A stretch of DNA of 64,000 nucleotides from Trichoplax sp. H2 (Eukaryota): assembly GCA_003344405.1 (NCBI GenBank), contig NOWV01000025.1, forward strand, positions 186,001-250,000, in the 5' to 3' direction. Position 1 is the stretch's first letter. Each line of letters opens with the position of its first letter. The notes beneath the pieces are model-generated. The model saw only the letters and a list, made by a program, of their open reading frames with translations, was not told where the DNA came from and made no database searches. Shown piece after piece: positions 46,121 to 61,572 of this stretch. The translations under genes and the position numbers were made by a program.

Positions 46121-48914
46121 AACTTAAGATATGTAACATGGAAACACAGGTTGATTCATTGCAAAAAATATTCTTGTTTTATGCCAACAAGAGTAGCAGC
46201 GGATCAATTTTGGAGAAGTTTTTGCGGGTCATACGAATATAAATAAGACAACAATGTAGCTATAGTTATAATATGGATTAGAGCTGAATGTATTTATGAA
46301 AAAATAGTTTTACCATACCTATTTCATCTATATCATCATAGTACAAGCTCGATGGATATATAACTATTCAAGTGTATTAAATCTATTTGATCCCACGATA
46401 AGAAAATTATGTCATCAATCTTATCCATAATAATTTGTCACGTTGTAAACTGATAAAAAGTACTAAGAAGACAGTTTTAATTGCATTTTTTTGTCATGTC
46501 TTCTACTTTGTTATAATATTACAGTTCATTTAGTGATAATTAGTAACGCAAGCTATTGAACAGTTTTGTTTCACTGGTAGTACAGCTAGCTTATAGCATA
46601 CATTTTAGAATATAGTTATAGCAATTTTTAAGCTAGAAAATGCAAGCCAATACATCTGTTTATACCGAGAACTTGATTATATATTGACTTTATCTAGATA
46701 GCAATAAGGAAAGCGTTTTAACTCATGAAGGAGTCAATTAGTACTTAATGATCCTTCTTGAATTTTTTGGTATTTAAAAATTTTAATGAATTTAATGTAT
46801 AAATTTTGGTATTTTGTGCATACTTGTTACGTTAAGTAGATTCGCCAAGGTATCAATGCCATTAGAATGCCATTAGTTTAACGCTATTGCTATGCTAACT
46901 ATACATGGAGGTCCTTATGCTATAATGATTGCTAGAAATGGGCGTTAGAATGATTGTTATCATGTATTAAATTAAATCGGAGTTGGCTATAATCTATTTT
47001 TGTTGCTGAAAATGATGATGAACTTTTAGAACGGTATACATGTCACCTTTCCTGTGATATATTATAATTATAAGGAGTGTAGATGGAATTATATTTATTC
47101 TGTAAAGCAATTTTTATGACGAACGGTCGTAGCTTTTATTTCATAAATATCTCCTGATGTAATTATGACTTCTCAAATACATTTCATAATGGCTTGGTAT
47201 TATGTAATAGTTCGATGTGGTCAAGTCTCTCCCAACTTGAATCTGTCACCTCACAATATTCACTTAGATAGCTCCATAGCTATTTTCTTCAATGAAATGG
47301 CAATGGTACAAAAATATGATAGTGATAATCATTAAAAGATTATCTGTTGCTTTTAATTATTGTAATATGACTAATTGAATATTTTGTTTTTGTTAATATC
47401 ATAGTGCTATTTCTGTGGGAACACAATAAAAAGTATATTCCTATCATAATTCATTCTTAGTCTTCAATTTTTAGAGTAAGTTAGAGAGAAAATAGCATAT
47501 GAAAACTGATTGCTTCATTATAACTTAATGCAAGGATTGATCCAATTTAATCTAAATCATTAAACAATTATATTTATTTATAAATGACTTTACCTACTTA
47601 TTTAGAGAAAGTAAAGTACAGTTTTATGAGACTCTTCAAATCTGGAATATCTAATTCTATATTCAACAGTCGGTAATACATAAAATCCTTGGAAATAAAA
47701 TTTTATTTGTTTATTCTAGAGCAACTTGGAATCAACGTAATCATTGCTAGTAATTGTATGATGATAGTTATAAGTAAAAATTTGAAATGTTACATGACTG
47801 ACATGAGATAATCTTTTAATATATTTTAGGCACGATAGACTTCATTCTCGATGCTTTATCTTCCTTGTTATCGATGTTAATGTCAAATACAGACTGGCAT
47901 AGTTATATTAGTACCCACTACTTATAACGATTGGATCTATACAATCTTATACAATTTGAAGGTGTTGTAAAAGTATACCTTGTAATATAGAATAAAACAA
48001 GAACAAAGGGAAAAGAAAAGACAGCATTATTTCCAAACCTTGCATTGATAACATAATTTAATATCAGATTGATATAATAAATGGCTGACAGTATTGAAAT
48101 AGAACGGTAACATACAGATTTGAGAAAGTTCTTTGATCTACGTAAGCATAAGCTTTATTGCAAATACAATAAACTTAAATAGCTATTTGACAACACAACC
48201 TATCTATATTTGTTGTCTTGGTTAACCAATAAAGTCACCGAGCATAAGTATTCATATACAGTAGTAATGTTTTTAAACATCAGTCATATAATTATCATTA
48301 ATCAGCAGGTATAAGCAATGGGACTGGCATAATATTATCACAGAAGTATAAAATATTATTAACAAGTTTTGGTAAAATTTAAATTTATCATATAGCCCTA
48401 TAGGACTAATTCCTTACTTTACAGTATATTACAATAGACTTTAATTGCTCCTACATTTAAACCAAAGGTCACGGCCTAATGACCACGAATGGAGTAACTG
48501 ATACTTTCTTAACATAACTAAGTGTCGTCGTATCTCTCTTCCTATATATTACATTCGTACCATGCATAGTTATCTAACTCCATAAAAATGTAGTCCATGC
48601 TAATTTCAATTCCAATTGCAACAATTTAAGGATATACGTAGTATCGAACTATACGACAAATAGTAAAATTGTTGATAGTACATAAACTCTTTTTATCTAT
48701 CAGCAATGTAAGCTGTAATGCACGGCATTCTTACTTGTACATCCTCATGCGCATTGCGAAATTATACATTATGATTTATATAACAACAGGACGGATTTTC
48801 AAAAAATTGTCTTAAATTAATATTTTGTAAAAAATTTCTATCATAACTTATGGGGTTGTCATTGTTGATTGATATGCAAATTTAACTTCCAGGTACATAG
48901 GTAGCGATGAATCC

Positions 48915-51900
48915 TTAAGGTTGAGACTCTAGTTGTAATCGAAAGATATAAAAATATGGTCAACTATTTCGGTGCTAAATATAGGGAAATATTTATTTAA
49001 GTGCTAAAAGCAACCATTATGTCGCAGATGAAACGTAATATCTTTATCTTACCATTCCTGTCCGATTCGTCAGGAGCATCCGCGTCTTCGCGTACTTTTT
49101 TCATAACTTGTACATACATTTCATATAACTGTGAATTTGATCGCCTAGTTACGGTTGGAGGTTTGACAGCGTAATCGATTTCTTGTGTTTCTTCCGGAAA
49201 AATTTTACTAATAATTAGCATTAACGTTTCCGAATGGGTAGCTGTAAGAGAATAAAAAGTAATATTATATGATTTGATTTGTTAAATGTCGTCAGTGTTG
49301 TAACATTAAATGCTTTCATATCTTGCAAATAGCACAGTTAGTGTATTGGCAATGGATATGAATTAGAATTCACTTAAACTGTATATATTGAGCTTTGATT
49401 TACACCATATTAAATACCTTTGTTTAGCAATCGCGCTACTAGCGCAACGATTACAGAACAATAATGATAATACAGATAACATAAATTAATCTCAGGATAA
49501 AGAATTCTACATTGTTAATAGTGAATGCAGTCAATTAGACGATTATACATTACAGGATCTAAGAAATCCAATTACTGTTTGTAGCTTTCAACGGATACAA
49601 TTGAATTACAAAACGACAGAAATACGGTATATAAAAAAGAACTTAAAGTGGCGGATCGCTCATCAATTGGGGCTATATTTCATTGTTGAATTCAATTTAT
49701 TAACAAATTTTGAATTTAAAATTCGGACGCAAGATATAAACATAGAGACAATAATACTAATACTTACCATCCATTGGACCTTCCATGATCATAACCCATG
49801 TATTACAAATATTTTGCTTCGTCCTTTCATCGTCTTCATCTGAACTTTTAGATAATGCAGATAGCATTGGTATGATCGTGTCGGTGACAATTTCGATCAC
49901 TTCATTAACATCTTCTTCTGTTACAGCCTCCTTAAACATACGTACCACAGCTTCATTTACATTCTGTAACATTCATAAAAAATTGATATAGTTAATTTTA
50001 AAATTTTTTTAATACATTAAAGGAGCATGGAAAGACAACATTATAATAACCAGTAATGCCTGACGCCTATAATGTCCTATAAGGTGCTGGTCAACTGACT
50101 CCAAAGTATGATTTTCCGCACGGAATTTATCGTTAAGAACGTAAGCATAATTGAAGTGGGGTAGAGCAAAGGCATATCTAATTTTTAGTCCAATAAAAAC
50201 ATGAGTTCTTCCTACCTATATATCATTGCCTGATTGATAATTACTACATTAGGTTATAATCCCAATAACTGTAGAGCATACGTACTTTGCTTGTACAAGC
50301 AAGTCCATTCCGGTCAATACATGGACATTGACTTTAAGAAAATTGTGATATTTGTCTTTCCAATCCTAATTAAAATAAGAAAAGTAAAGTATCTTATATG
50401 AATCTCGAAAGCCATACATACAATTCGATATTAATGTAAATTTCAAACTATGTCGCATACTTGGTAATTACAATATATATCATTCGCACATATTTTCTCC
50501 CATTTTACTTCAGCTAACTTTTGAAGACTAAAGTGTATAACAAAAATCATTGTTAGACTTGAAAGAGATAATTTTAGGTAATAGATTTAAAGTATCAAAC
50601 CTAGCATTATCGCCGCAACCGTCAGTGCAAGCGCTTTCAATGATAGCCCACTCAAGCATAGGACTTGACACTTTACATACAATCAGATATATACCAAAAT
50701 CGATCAACCGAATATCTTCTTTACTGTTGTCCTCTTTGCGCACTATTTCTTTAAATTGTCTTATTTTCTCCGTACACCATCGGCGGAAGGAGGCTTCTAA
50801 GGCTAAATACGTAAGAACCATTCTGTTAGTAAAAGTAGGTATTACACATTTGTTAACTCTAGGTTGACAAGTAATTAATTTTATACTTCGTTCTTCCCAA
50901 TCTTTTAAAGCTTTATAAAATTTTGTATTGTGATCTCTGACAACTTCATGTAGCGCCGGGGATAATGAATCAATAATTTTGTCCTTCGAATCTAGAATGA
51001 AGTCAGGCAATAACGGAAGCAAGTGATATTGATGTCATTAATAGTGTGTTTAGAAAATAATGATATAATTTGGCTAGTGCTATGTTGTACTATGCGATTG
51101 AATGAGGAAAAGTGCATACCTGTTTCGAAATCCCAGCATTGGACGATATCGTCACTTATATAAATTAAACAGTATGCGCTAGTATGTGATCGCCCGCCGC
51201 CTCTTGATTCACGTTTAACTTCTTCCCAAGTGACTTCGTATACTTGAACATCATTAATTTTGAGCCATTTATTGTAGGATCTCCAATAAATAAAGGCCCA
51301 ATAATGTCCACTATCGACTTGACCCGCATGCACAAGTACGGCATGCAAATGATACTTTACCTGTAGAAGGTATTTTGAAATTGCACAGCCATAAGTGAAT
51401 TTTCGAAACTAAAAATGTTACACGACGCTCCTTTATGCAGACTATCATGCTATAGTATAAATAGCCAGTTACACATTACGGTCTTTACGATTTAGTAGTA
51501 TCAGTTCAGCATACAGTTTAGTATTAGGTTTTATACATAATCTTAATCATTTAAACTTGCACGATAGAATGATTTTAAAAATAAATTGAGTAAACCGAAA
51601 TATTAATAGAACAGGACATTTATATACTCGTAAGTTTATAATATAACAATATGAAATAGCTGTAGATTAAGCTTATGCCTCATGCAATCTACAAACCTTG
51701 CGCATATCGTCGTCTTGGAACATCTGCTCTATAGCTTCTTCAACAGATGCAATTTTTTCTCGTAGCGCTATACCAATTTATTGCATTTTCGTAATTTGAT
51801 AAAAATAAAAAATATTAGGTCGCAAGTATGGCTGCAGGTTATCAGGGAGTCTAAAATTATACACTTCTAAGACATAATAATACATATCTAAATTTGTTTA

Positions 51901-54900
51901 CCATCGACTTCTTTAGTTATTTCTGATGACCATCGCTTTATGCATTTTTCTAATGTTATCAGTTCTTCATGATCAATTTCATGATTTAGGGCAAACAAGG
52001 ACATCGGATTTTTATCATCAATAACGAAATCCTTGTCACTATAACTTGCGGTATCTACATCCATGTCAATATTGTTCTAATGCAACGGTATGAAAAATAA
52101 TGAAGTTATAAATGCTGTAAACAACGGACCTATGCATCATTATTATAGAAAGGTTTCTACTATATTACCATACCTTAGTGTTTTCACTATCACACGCCTC
52201 TTGATCTGATGAGGCTGGGCGTTGTCTAACATCCAAAGCAAAATTTAATGCATACTGCAAAATATCTTTGATAGGCAGGCGCTTAGAATCGTTACCGAAT
52301 GAAGTATATCTAAATAAAAATTAGCAAATGCAACAATAAGTGATAAAAGACTTTTTTCATTTCTTATATTGGAAGTATTTTACTTTTCAAGTTTTCGTTT
52401 CAGTTCTTTCAATTCCTTTTTTAATTTATAAACGACTTTTTGTCTTTGCGTTGTAACGTCTTTGTTAGACTCTAGAAATCTATCCAAATATTCAAATTAT
52501 TGTATGCAATCTCTAATTTGAAGTTAAAATTACATGCATAATCGTATACGTCATTCTATTACGAATTTGTATCTAATACAGTCGAACTGTTTATGCAAAA
52601 AAAAATATAGTGATATGATACCTGTCCATATATAAAGTTTGTTCAAATTCCAGTAAGGAATGAATCTTTTCGGCTCTGCCAAGGGTAGAGTGAAATTCAA
52701 AACGAGATAATTCCAACATAAATATTGGAGGTAAACTAAGAAACCAATCCTATGGTAGAGATTGAATGTTACAGATCATTAGGTCAACAGTTCTTGCATA
52801 ATTAAGAACAAAGATATGAGATATAGATTTATGAGGTATTTTATGAAATCAGAAATACCGTTTGATTAGTAGAGGACATTGAACCAATCATGTTCTGACG
52901 GGTATTAACTTCCAAACATTCATAAAGTCTTGTACAGCCCTGAATTTTTAAAGGATAGCCACCGAATGTATCTTCATGCGTAACGCCCTTGCCTAAGAGA
53001 ATTATGGGTGTTTTACAGTTAAAGCAGTCAGTGTTATATTACGTTATGTAAAATAAAGAACAGCTAGATACCTTCGATTTCACTTTCGTATCGGACTTTG
53101 CCAAAGAAGAATTCGGTAATTGGATTTGTTAGTATTGATGGGCTATCATCGTTCAGCAGACTAGTAAAGGCATTTTAAGGTGTACTTTAATTTCGTTAAT
53201 AGAAAATGAATGAACATTTTATAATTGCAATCGATAATGCGAGTAAAATGATTAGATAGTGTTCAAGTAAATACTCACCCAATTTTTTTCCTATATTTAA
53301 TGCAAATTTCAAACGCATCTTCTAGCCACTCCAATAATTTGTGTGTAAATTCATTGACATCCTACAGTAATATTAAACATTTGTGACTAAAGCGAGCATA
53401 GAACAAAAAATTCGGTATTAGGGAATCCTGCGTACTAACCTGTTGTCCGCCTGAGTTTCCAGAAGTTTCCGACCTAAAAGTCTCGCTTACTTGCTACAAT
53501 TTAAGTACATAGCAAACGGTGTGAATTGACACATTATTAATTATATAGGTTATAGCTAATTATAGATTAAGTACTACTTAAAAAAAAATTAAGTGCTATA
53601 AATTTATGAATAACAAATAGGAACTATGGACGATCAGTTCTTACTAACTAATTAGATCAAAAACATGTCGTACCTTAAAATATTCATGCGGCTCGATGTA
53701 CTTGCGTTCACTTCCAGCTAATAGCGCAAAAAGCGGTTGTAACTGTGCTATAAAGATGATACTACCCTAAATATTTAAAGAATTAATATTATCATACAAA
53801 TTATGCGCTAACTCTTTCATTATGCAATAAAATCACAAGAGTAGTAACAATCGTTAGTTACAATATAGGTAATGTTTACAAAGTATAGATGATATTCAAT
53901 GTAACAACATAAGGCAGTATCTTAATGTACGCACAATGATCAATCATACCCTCGATTTTAGTGGATTACTATCTGCATAGTCACTCAATAACATTTCCTC
54001 TGATATTCTGTAGTCCAGGACTAGCTGGCGGACTACAGGTAAATGAAACAGCGACTACAAAATATACAAGAGGACGCATCAGTCTTATATGTACACGTAT
54101 AATTATTATGGCGATTTACATGAAACAATTTTAACAATAGTAACTACAAAAAAGTGTTTAAATATATTCCTGAAGTTATAAGCTGTTACACATTGAAGTA
54201 TTTGGATAACAGCATATTACTTCAGAATAAAATATTATTATTGCATCTCCTTTATTCTGTGGTAAGCATTTAACAATCTTTCTACAGAGATCATAGAGTG
54301 CAAAATAATAACATACCATATGTAGATGAAATATAACAGGACAACTGCGATCGAGATCTAGATTTACCTGTATAACAGCGTTGAACCAACAGCTGTTTCC
54401 TACGTTTTTTAATCCGACAGGAGCATCGCCACGTTTTAATTCGTAAGGATTAGGCATTCGTGAGAAGGAATCATTTCTCTTTCTCTTGGTACCATTGGAA
54501 TTATTATCAAAATAGCTAGCTTCGATTACCCTAAACAGCAGTATGTCAAAAGCATATTACGTACTTTTCATATAAAAATATCGAGCAAGAAACATAAATT
54601 TAGTGCCAAAGTTGTAATCATTACTTTAGTATTAACAAACAAATATTTAATGTTGAAGAAGTTTTGATTCTTTCTATGTTAGGAATTAGTATATTATGAT
54701 AAATAGATAACCTGCTGATATTTTGTTCTTCGATAGTACTAAGATACTGATCTGAAGAGGCCGCAGTTAAGTACTTATCAGAAGGCTACAAATAGCGGGA
54801 TCAAATCAACTCATATTACGAATTGGTTATGATAAAAGAAAGCAGATATTTGTTAATTATTACAGGAATGAAAAGGTAATGTTTTCAATTAATTAACCTG

Positions 54901-57590
54901 CGTTACCGGCATGTCCGTATCGGGGTACGGTACATTTGTTTCCTGTAAACTTATTTCTACCGCACGAGCGATATCATCATCCATTTTGTCGCTAGTTAAA
55001 TCGATTGTGATTTTATCAGCTTGTTTAAGAGTGTCCTTATCTGCAATCGAAAGACAATTACGATAGCTATTAAAAATTTTTAGTCAAAATGCACTTTATC
55101 CTTGCCGTGCACGCTAATTACTACTATCCGAATGAGCATTAAATTATCAATATCAAAGACAGTAAACATCTGCAATACACTACTACTGTATGTTCATAAT
55201 ATCATTTAAATTCGATTCTTTGTGGTAAAAGATACAAAATTATCCTTCAAATAAGTCTTACTGTGCTCTTTTTAAGTACCGTTACATCGATCTGTTTTTT
55301 TACAATATCATTCCATATGTCGTAATAGTGGAATCAATTTTAGCATGCTATCTACCTTCTCATTATAACTAATCATGCACTATATGCAATGGTGCTGATT
55401 GATCAGTAGTGACGTTACCGTCGTTAGAAAAATGCAGCATAAACAATATAATATATTCCAATACACAGTGATATATTTTGCAAATCTTATGTACTACAAA
55501 TGTTAACCTTCAGTAAGCAAAATATTTTATCTAAAAACAAATATTACCTGTCGGCTGAGTCGCACTCTGTGTAAGTGATCAATCGAGCATAAAATAAATG
55601 ATAATTAGTTTTCAATTCCGCTCAAGAACATTACAACAATCTCTTCCAATCAATCAAATAGTAACGGTTATTTAGTCTTTAATTACATGTATGAGTAATT
55701 ATGTTTAATCAAGTTTTAACAACATGTACCAACGTAAAGTTTATTTACCTCCTGATTATTAGTATTGAACATTTCTAAGGCTTTTTCTAGATTACCGTTA
55801 CATGCCTATGGGAATGAATGGGAATCATGCAGAGATTGATATGATGCTAAATATGAAACATTAGTATGTTATTGGTTTACTTAACATCGTTTTAATCAAT
55901 AAATTCATCTATCTTGGTAATATACATTGGTTTTAAGAAAATCTAGTTGAAGGTTAATTTTGAAATGAGTGAGTATACGCCGCAATTGTAGGCTCCTATA
56001 CCTACAGTATACAGTAGTTATTTGTATACGCAAGACAATAGCGTCACTACATCAAGTTTACGAACGATAGATCTTTTAATGAAAAACTATGAAGTATTGC
56101 ATTAAAGTAGGGCCAAACTCTTCTTAAATTTAATCTATGATGCAGTAGCATCAATAAGATTGATTGATAATTGCTATCTAGATGATACTTATTTGCAATC
56201 TTTAAAAGATTGTTTTTATAATGTAGTAGGAAGAATGGTGAGGTAGCTTCCATCATGAAAAGCGTTACGTTGAGACTAACCTTCAGTACTTTTCGAATTT
56301 CTTCTAATGGTTTACCGGTTAACTCATATAACTGATTGATTTGATGTTGCCATGATGCGTCGTTGTCGTCTTCCGGGCTATTAGTAGATTGTTGTATATG
56401 CTCTTCTTCCTGTAAAAGTCATTTTTTCAACAATCAGGCTTAAAAACAAATTGGAAGATATTATTGGTAGTCTATGGTGACTACCATCTCTATTCAAAGT
56501 TGCATAATCTCTTGCATCATATCATCAACTATATTATGCTCTATTTTGATATAGGATAAGATTGGTCTATGAGATCAAGGTAGAAGCTGTATGCCAGTAA
56601 AAAGTTGGCCCAAGTCAGGGCCTAGTGGTGATAAAGCTGTCCATCAGTATCATCGATAAGTAGCATACTGCTGTCGATCGAGGTAGTCCAATACACTAAT
56701 CGTATAAAGGTATTTGTATGGAGATGGATATATCATATGACAGTGAACGAGTTCAGTTCTGCAGTCTACATGTTATTTTCGCTTGAAAAAAATGTGAGGA
56801 GTAAGAAAGTTGATTGAACGACAGTTAATATCATGGTCATAAGAAAAGTGAAGATAGTGTAATCCTAACACAGCAGCAATCCTATGTTATTGGACTACCA
56901 ATAGTGGATTGCAACTAACGATCAGAGCAGAGAACGAGTTCAGTTCTGCAGTCTACATGTTAATTTCGCCTGAAAAAAAATGTGAGGAGTACGAAAGCTG
57001 ATTGAACTACAGTTAATATCATGGTCATAAGAAAAGTGAAGATAGTGTAATCCTAACACAGCAGCAATCCTATTTTATTGGACTACCAATAGTGGATTGC
57101 AACCAACGATCGACTAAGATATTCGCGTACTAGCGGTGTAGTACTCAGTCGTAGTCATTACTATAATACAAGACCTGCTAACATGCTTTCGATTCAATAC
57201 AAAAATATAGCCTGTCATTAAGCACAACTATCAAGGCGATAACATTGAGTTATTAGACAAATCAATCTATTCCTATATTAACTACATCTACACAGATAGA
57301 AAATAAAGATATTGGCAATATTCATGTTGTAAAATGAGTAAGTTGTTGTTCCAAATGAAGACTGCGGGACAAGGCAGCTCATTGGAACAACAGTAGGACA
57401 ATGTGCATAAAGGAAAAGAGGTCGATTAATGATTGCTATTCAATCCTTGCTCAAGAATTGGCAATCATCACACCATCTATCATTCAATCAACATATCATC
57501 ATTCCCAAAATAGTGTAATACGATAGTATTGACGCTAAAATTATCGAGAAATTTTACCTGAACGCCATTAGGTTGCTTAATTGCCATCAT
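48915..57590 (-). CDS. Ubiquitin carboxyl-terminal hydrolase of the USP25/USP28 family, multi-exon
   Basis: UBA-like N-terminus (INQLYELTG...[15 protein letters not shown]), SIM-like ITIDLT, UIM-like [12 protein letters not shown], Cys box [37 protein letters not shown], His box [19 protein letters not shown]...WLKINDVQV...SAYCLIY. Start exon ([11 protein letters not shown]) and the short last exon 48928-48915 are less certain. Confidence 0.88.
56745..57110. repeat. Near-identical ~187-bp tandem duplication in USP intron 1
   Basis: GAACGAGTTCAGTTCTGCAGTCTACATGTT...GGACTACCAATAGTGGATTGCAAC at 56745 and 56932. Confidence 0.95.
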
Positions 57591-57904
57591 CAAGCTACAT
57601 AACAAGAGACATTAGGCTCGTAATCATGAGCGTAGAGGGTAGCTAATGTATAAGGGGAAAACTTTTGATTGCGTACGCTACAGTATGGAGAAAAAAAAGA
57701 CAGCCAGCCAGTGGCAGTAGCAGAGGTTGCGCAGTCGCAGTGGAAATAGACTAATTTCCAAGTTTCAATGACTGTCGTATTCAATTCTCATACTGTCCAC
57801 TACTAAGCTACTCAGTCATGTATTAGCAACCAAACAACAGACTAGACTAGGATAAAAGGAAACGAGAGCTTGCAAATGTAGATGAATGCTTGAATACCCC
57901 ATAG

Positions 57905-58763
57905 TTGAGCGTCTCATTATTACTAGTTAGAGTGGTGCGCGGTCAATTAAACGCTACAGTGCTGTAGCCTGTAGTACTACAGTACTGTACACTGTGTACA
58001 GGTATGAGCCACTTTTCTTTCTTCAAGGTGCTATTCGCCAATATAAATTGTAGTAAAGCTGCACAATTTGAGGAAAATTATATATATATATATATACAGA
58101 TAGATACTAACGTAACTGTTCCAGATCTTACTGTAATCAGAAATTCAGTACTGTCTGTACTGCTGTCTTTATTATTGTACTTTTTGAGCGTCTCGTTATT
58201 ATTAGTTAGAGTGGTGCGCGGTCAATTACGTTACAGTGCCGTAGCCTGTAGTACTACAGTACTGTACACTGTGTACAGGTATGAGCCACTTTTCTTTCTT
58301 CAAGGTGCTATTCGCCAATATAAATTGTAGTAAAGCTGCACAATTTAAGGAAAATTACAGTATATATATATACAGATAGATACTATCAACTAACGTAACT
58401 GTTCAAGATCTTACTGCAATCAGAAATTCAGTACTGTCTGTACTGCTGTCTTTATTATTGTACTTTTTGAGCGTCTCGTTATTATTAGTTAGAGTGGTGC
58501 GCGGTCAATTACGTTACAGTGCCGTAGCCTGTAGTACTACAGTACAGTACAGTACTGTACACTGTGTACAGGTATGAGCCACTTTTCTTTCTTCAAGGTG
58601 CTATTCGCCAATATAAATTGTAGTAAAGCTGCACAATTTGAGGAAAATTATATATATATATATGTTTATATATATATACAGATAGATACTAACGTAACTG
58701 TTCAAGATCTTACTGCAACCAGAAATTCAGTACTGTCGGTACTGCTGTCTTTATTATTGTACT
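57905..58763. repeat. ~280-bp tandem repeat, 3 near-identical copies, between USP25/28 and RSPH1
   Basis: TTGAGCGTCTC...GTTAGAGTGGTGCGCGGTCAATT... starts at 57905, 58184 and 58467; each unit has a variable (TA)n tract and TACTACAGTACTGTACACTGTGTACAG-like sequence. Confidence 0.97.
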
Positions 58764-59592
58764 TAAAACAGCTATAACTGACTGACGGTAGAAAAATCGG
58801 AAAAATCGACAAAAAAAAGGTGCGCACCATTCTACGGAACGGAATCACCAATTAAAAAAAAGGCAAATCAGATTTATCTTTCAGTACAACTCGCGTAGGG
58901 TACAGTGTCTGTGCTCTATCATGGACTATTGTACTAAATACTTACAAGTATTGGGGGTCTAGGACAATTGACCGCTGTACAATGTAGTAATGTAGTCTAG
59001 GATAGAAACAGTATCAACATAGATTTGATATTGTGAGGATGAATTGAATACTTTGCAGCGTTCAATCCTTGACACTGTAAAATTAATTGAATGCAGTAAA
59101 GTATCTGTTTCGATATTACCAGGGTAGATTAAATACTTTACAGCATTCAATCCTATACAGCGTCAAATTAATTTAATTTAATACGGTAAATTGTCTGCAG
59201 TAAATTATTCGGGTTTCGTCCATGACGACGTTAGTCTCCGAGCTGCAACCTTGGTGATACAGTGTACTGTACAGTATACACGGTACAGTATGTACTGTAC
59301 ACTGTACAGTACACATTCTTCTCGGTAGTGACTTTTTACGGAACTGTGTATTGAAGTATAGTACGCATGCACAATGCTTCAATGCATGATCGCCATGACA
59401 ACCATTTCGTTTGTATACTACTGTGTACGACTACCGATAAGCTGACTTTAAAATTCTAGTCATTTCTCAAGAATATTTTAACTACAGTAACGCTTAAGCT
59501 GCAGCAAATTCCTGATTAACGGTTACATTGCCCCCATCGTAACGTAGACACTTATTTCTTTTAATTAATATACAATTATATATCTGTAAACC

Positions 59593-61572
59593 ATGTCTGA
59601 CATATCCGAAGAATATGAAGAGGAAGATCAAGGCCCAAATTTGGGGGTAAGAAATCCATCTATCGTGCTAATTTCATCAAAGCTATGCGATGCAGTTTGA
59701 ATTTGTTAATACCTTTAGTCTGAATGATGATACGTATACTCATTACAGTTCTACTAATCAGTTTAATTAGTATCTTACATCCGTAATAACGGCTAATGCA
59801 ATCAGAGTTCATTTTTAACAATCGATAAATACGAGACGCCAATGTTACCGTACAATCGTTCATTTTTTTGATAAAGCTCAAGATGTTATCATAAAGACTT
59901 CAATGTGCGATAACAGTGTAGCGCAATGACATCGGATTCATTATCTTGATGACTACATATTTTTGCATAGCTTAATGTAAAGAATGATAATTTAAAACTG
60001 ATGAAAAGTTAATATAGAGAATAACTCAAAAGCAGGTATTAAAATGTTGATCATTTTATGTTGCATAGGAATATGACGGAGAAAGGAATGATGATGGAGA
60101 ACGTCATGGATTTGGAAAAGCGATTTTACCAAACGGTGACACTTATGAAGGCTATTATGAACACGGCAAAAGATTTGGACAAGTAAGAAAATTGATTGTT
60201 ATGCTTGTAAAGTGTAGGCAACCATCTATTCACAGTATGTGCTGATCGTTTGAAGTAAGTAAATCTATAATAATCTTACAAAATATTCCTATTAGGGTAC
60301 CTATCGTTTTAAGTCTGGAGCTAGGTATGTAGGAGAATATTATCAGGGTAAAAAGCATGGTCAGGGAATTTTTTGGTATCCAGATGGTTCTAGATATGAA
60401 GGTATTGACATATTAAATTAAGAATTATTCGATATTCTGTAATTAGATTGCTTTCCTTTATAACAGTGATGATCTGCGTAGAAATGAAATACTAACCTTA
60501 TTAAATCGGTTACAAAACTTGTCATTTATACACATAGGAAACTGGGTAAATGATCAAAGGCACGGTAGTGGTACTTATTTTTACGCTAACAATGATCTCT
60601 ACGAAGGAAATTGGCTCAATCATCAGAGACATGGGCAAGGTGTTTATACATATGCTGATACTGGAACCAAAGTAAGTTAGGCATTACCGTATATGTGCTA
60701 TACACACTCGTAATAACGTGGAGTTGATAAAGTTGTTATCATATAGAATGATATTCTCTTCACTGCTGTAATGTCATCGTATAATTTGACGTATGGCCAT
60801 TTTTTTAATTCTTCGCAGTATAAAGGAAGTTGGGAGAATGGTAAGAGACAAGGATTTGGTGAGTTAATTCATGCAAATCATTCTTATCAAGGCAACTTCA
60901 CAAGTGATCAGGTAGATATATATTTGTAGTGATTTATTCTATTGCGATGGCTTATAAAGAATGTAGTTTATTGGAAATTAAGAAGATATTGCAGTCTATT
61001 AGCGATTAAAAGGTAATTTTTTTTATACTTATTGAATAGCCTGAAGGAAAAGGAAAATATATTTTTGATATTGGTTGTGAGCAACATGGAAATTATGAGC
61101 TTGTAGAAATAGTAAGTTTATGACTGTATAAGTATTTATGCTTTATACTATGTGCGAGTATTGATGGAATTGAGACCAGGAATAAATATTGCGGCAATTG
61201 CTTACTCAACTTTAACTATTGCAGTCGCAAGGTGGAATAAATGAAGACGATGAACCCGTTAAAATTGTTGTCCCTACATGGAGAAGCGGCAAAGTTAAAG
61301 CTAGGAATGTAATTAACGATGACGAAGTTGAAGATATATTGAAGCTTGATAGTACCAATAATTCTCGCCCTGAATCTGCTGTGATAGCAGGTAATGGAGA
61401 GAATAATCAGCCAGTAGAGGCTAAAGATGAAGAAACTGTTAATAATGAGACGAATGATGACAATACCAATATCAGCGAAAATCAAGAAGGTTCGGTGGTA
61501 CCAGACGTAGTAGCTGGAGAATCTGAGGCACCACCGACCCTGGCGGTAGAGACACCAGTTGCAGAAACTTAA
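59593..61572 (+). CDS. RSPH1: Radial spoke head 1 homolog (MORN repeats), 7 exons, 306 aa
   Basis: Exons 59593-59646, 60069-60182, 60296-60401, 60538-60671, 60819-60911, 61040-61111 and 61225-61572 give [46 protein letters not shown]...[18 protein letters not shown]...[17 protein letters not shown] plus an acidic tail. Confidence 0.95.

Noticed and set aside
49575..49600. GTATCCGTT on the minus strand as a U12-type donor or extra USP exon
   Set aside because: The flanking exons already join in phase ([13 protein letters not shown]) through an ordinary GT-AG intron.
49785..50867. Plus-strand ORFs opposite USP exons, and similar antisense ORFs over MEGF8, UFC1 and RSPH1
   Set aside because: They are shadows of real coding exons on the other strand.
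58004..58777. ORFs MSHFSFFKVLFANINC... (two copies)
   Set aside because: They are by-products of the 280-bp repeat, and the YIYI run comes from the (TA)n tract.
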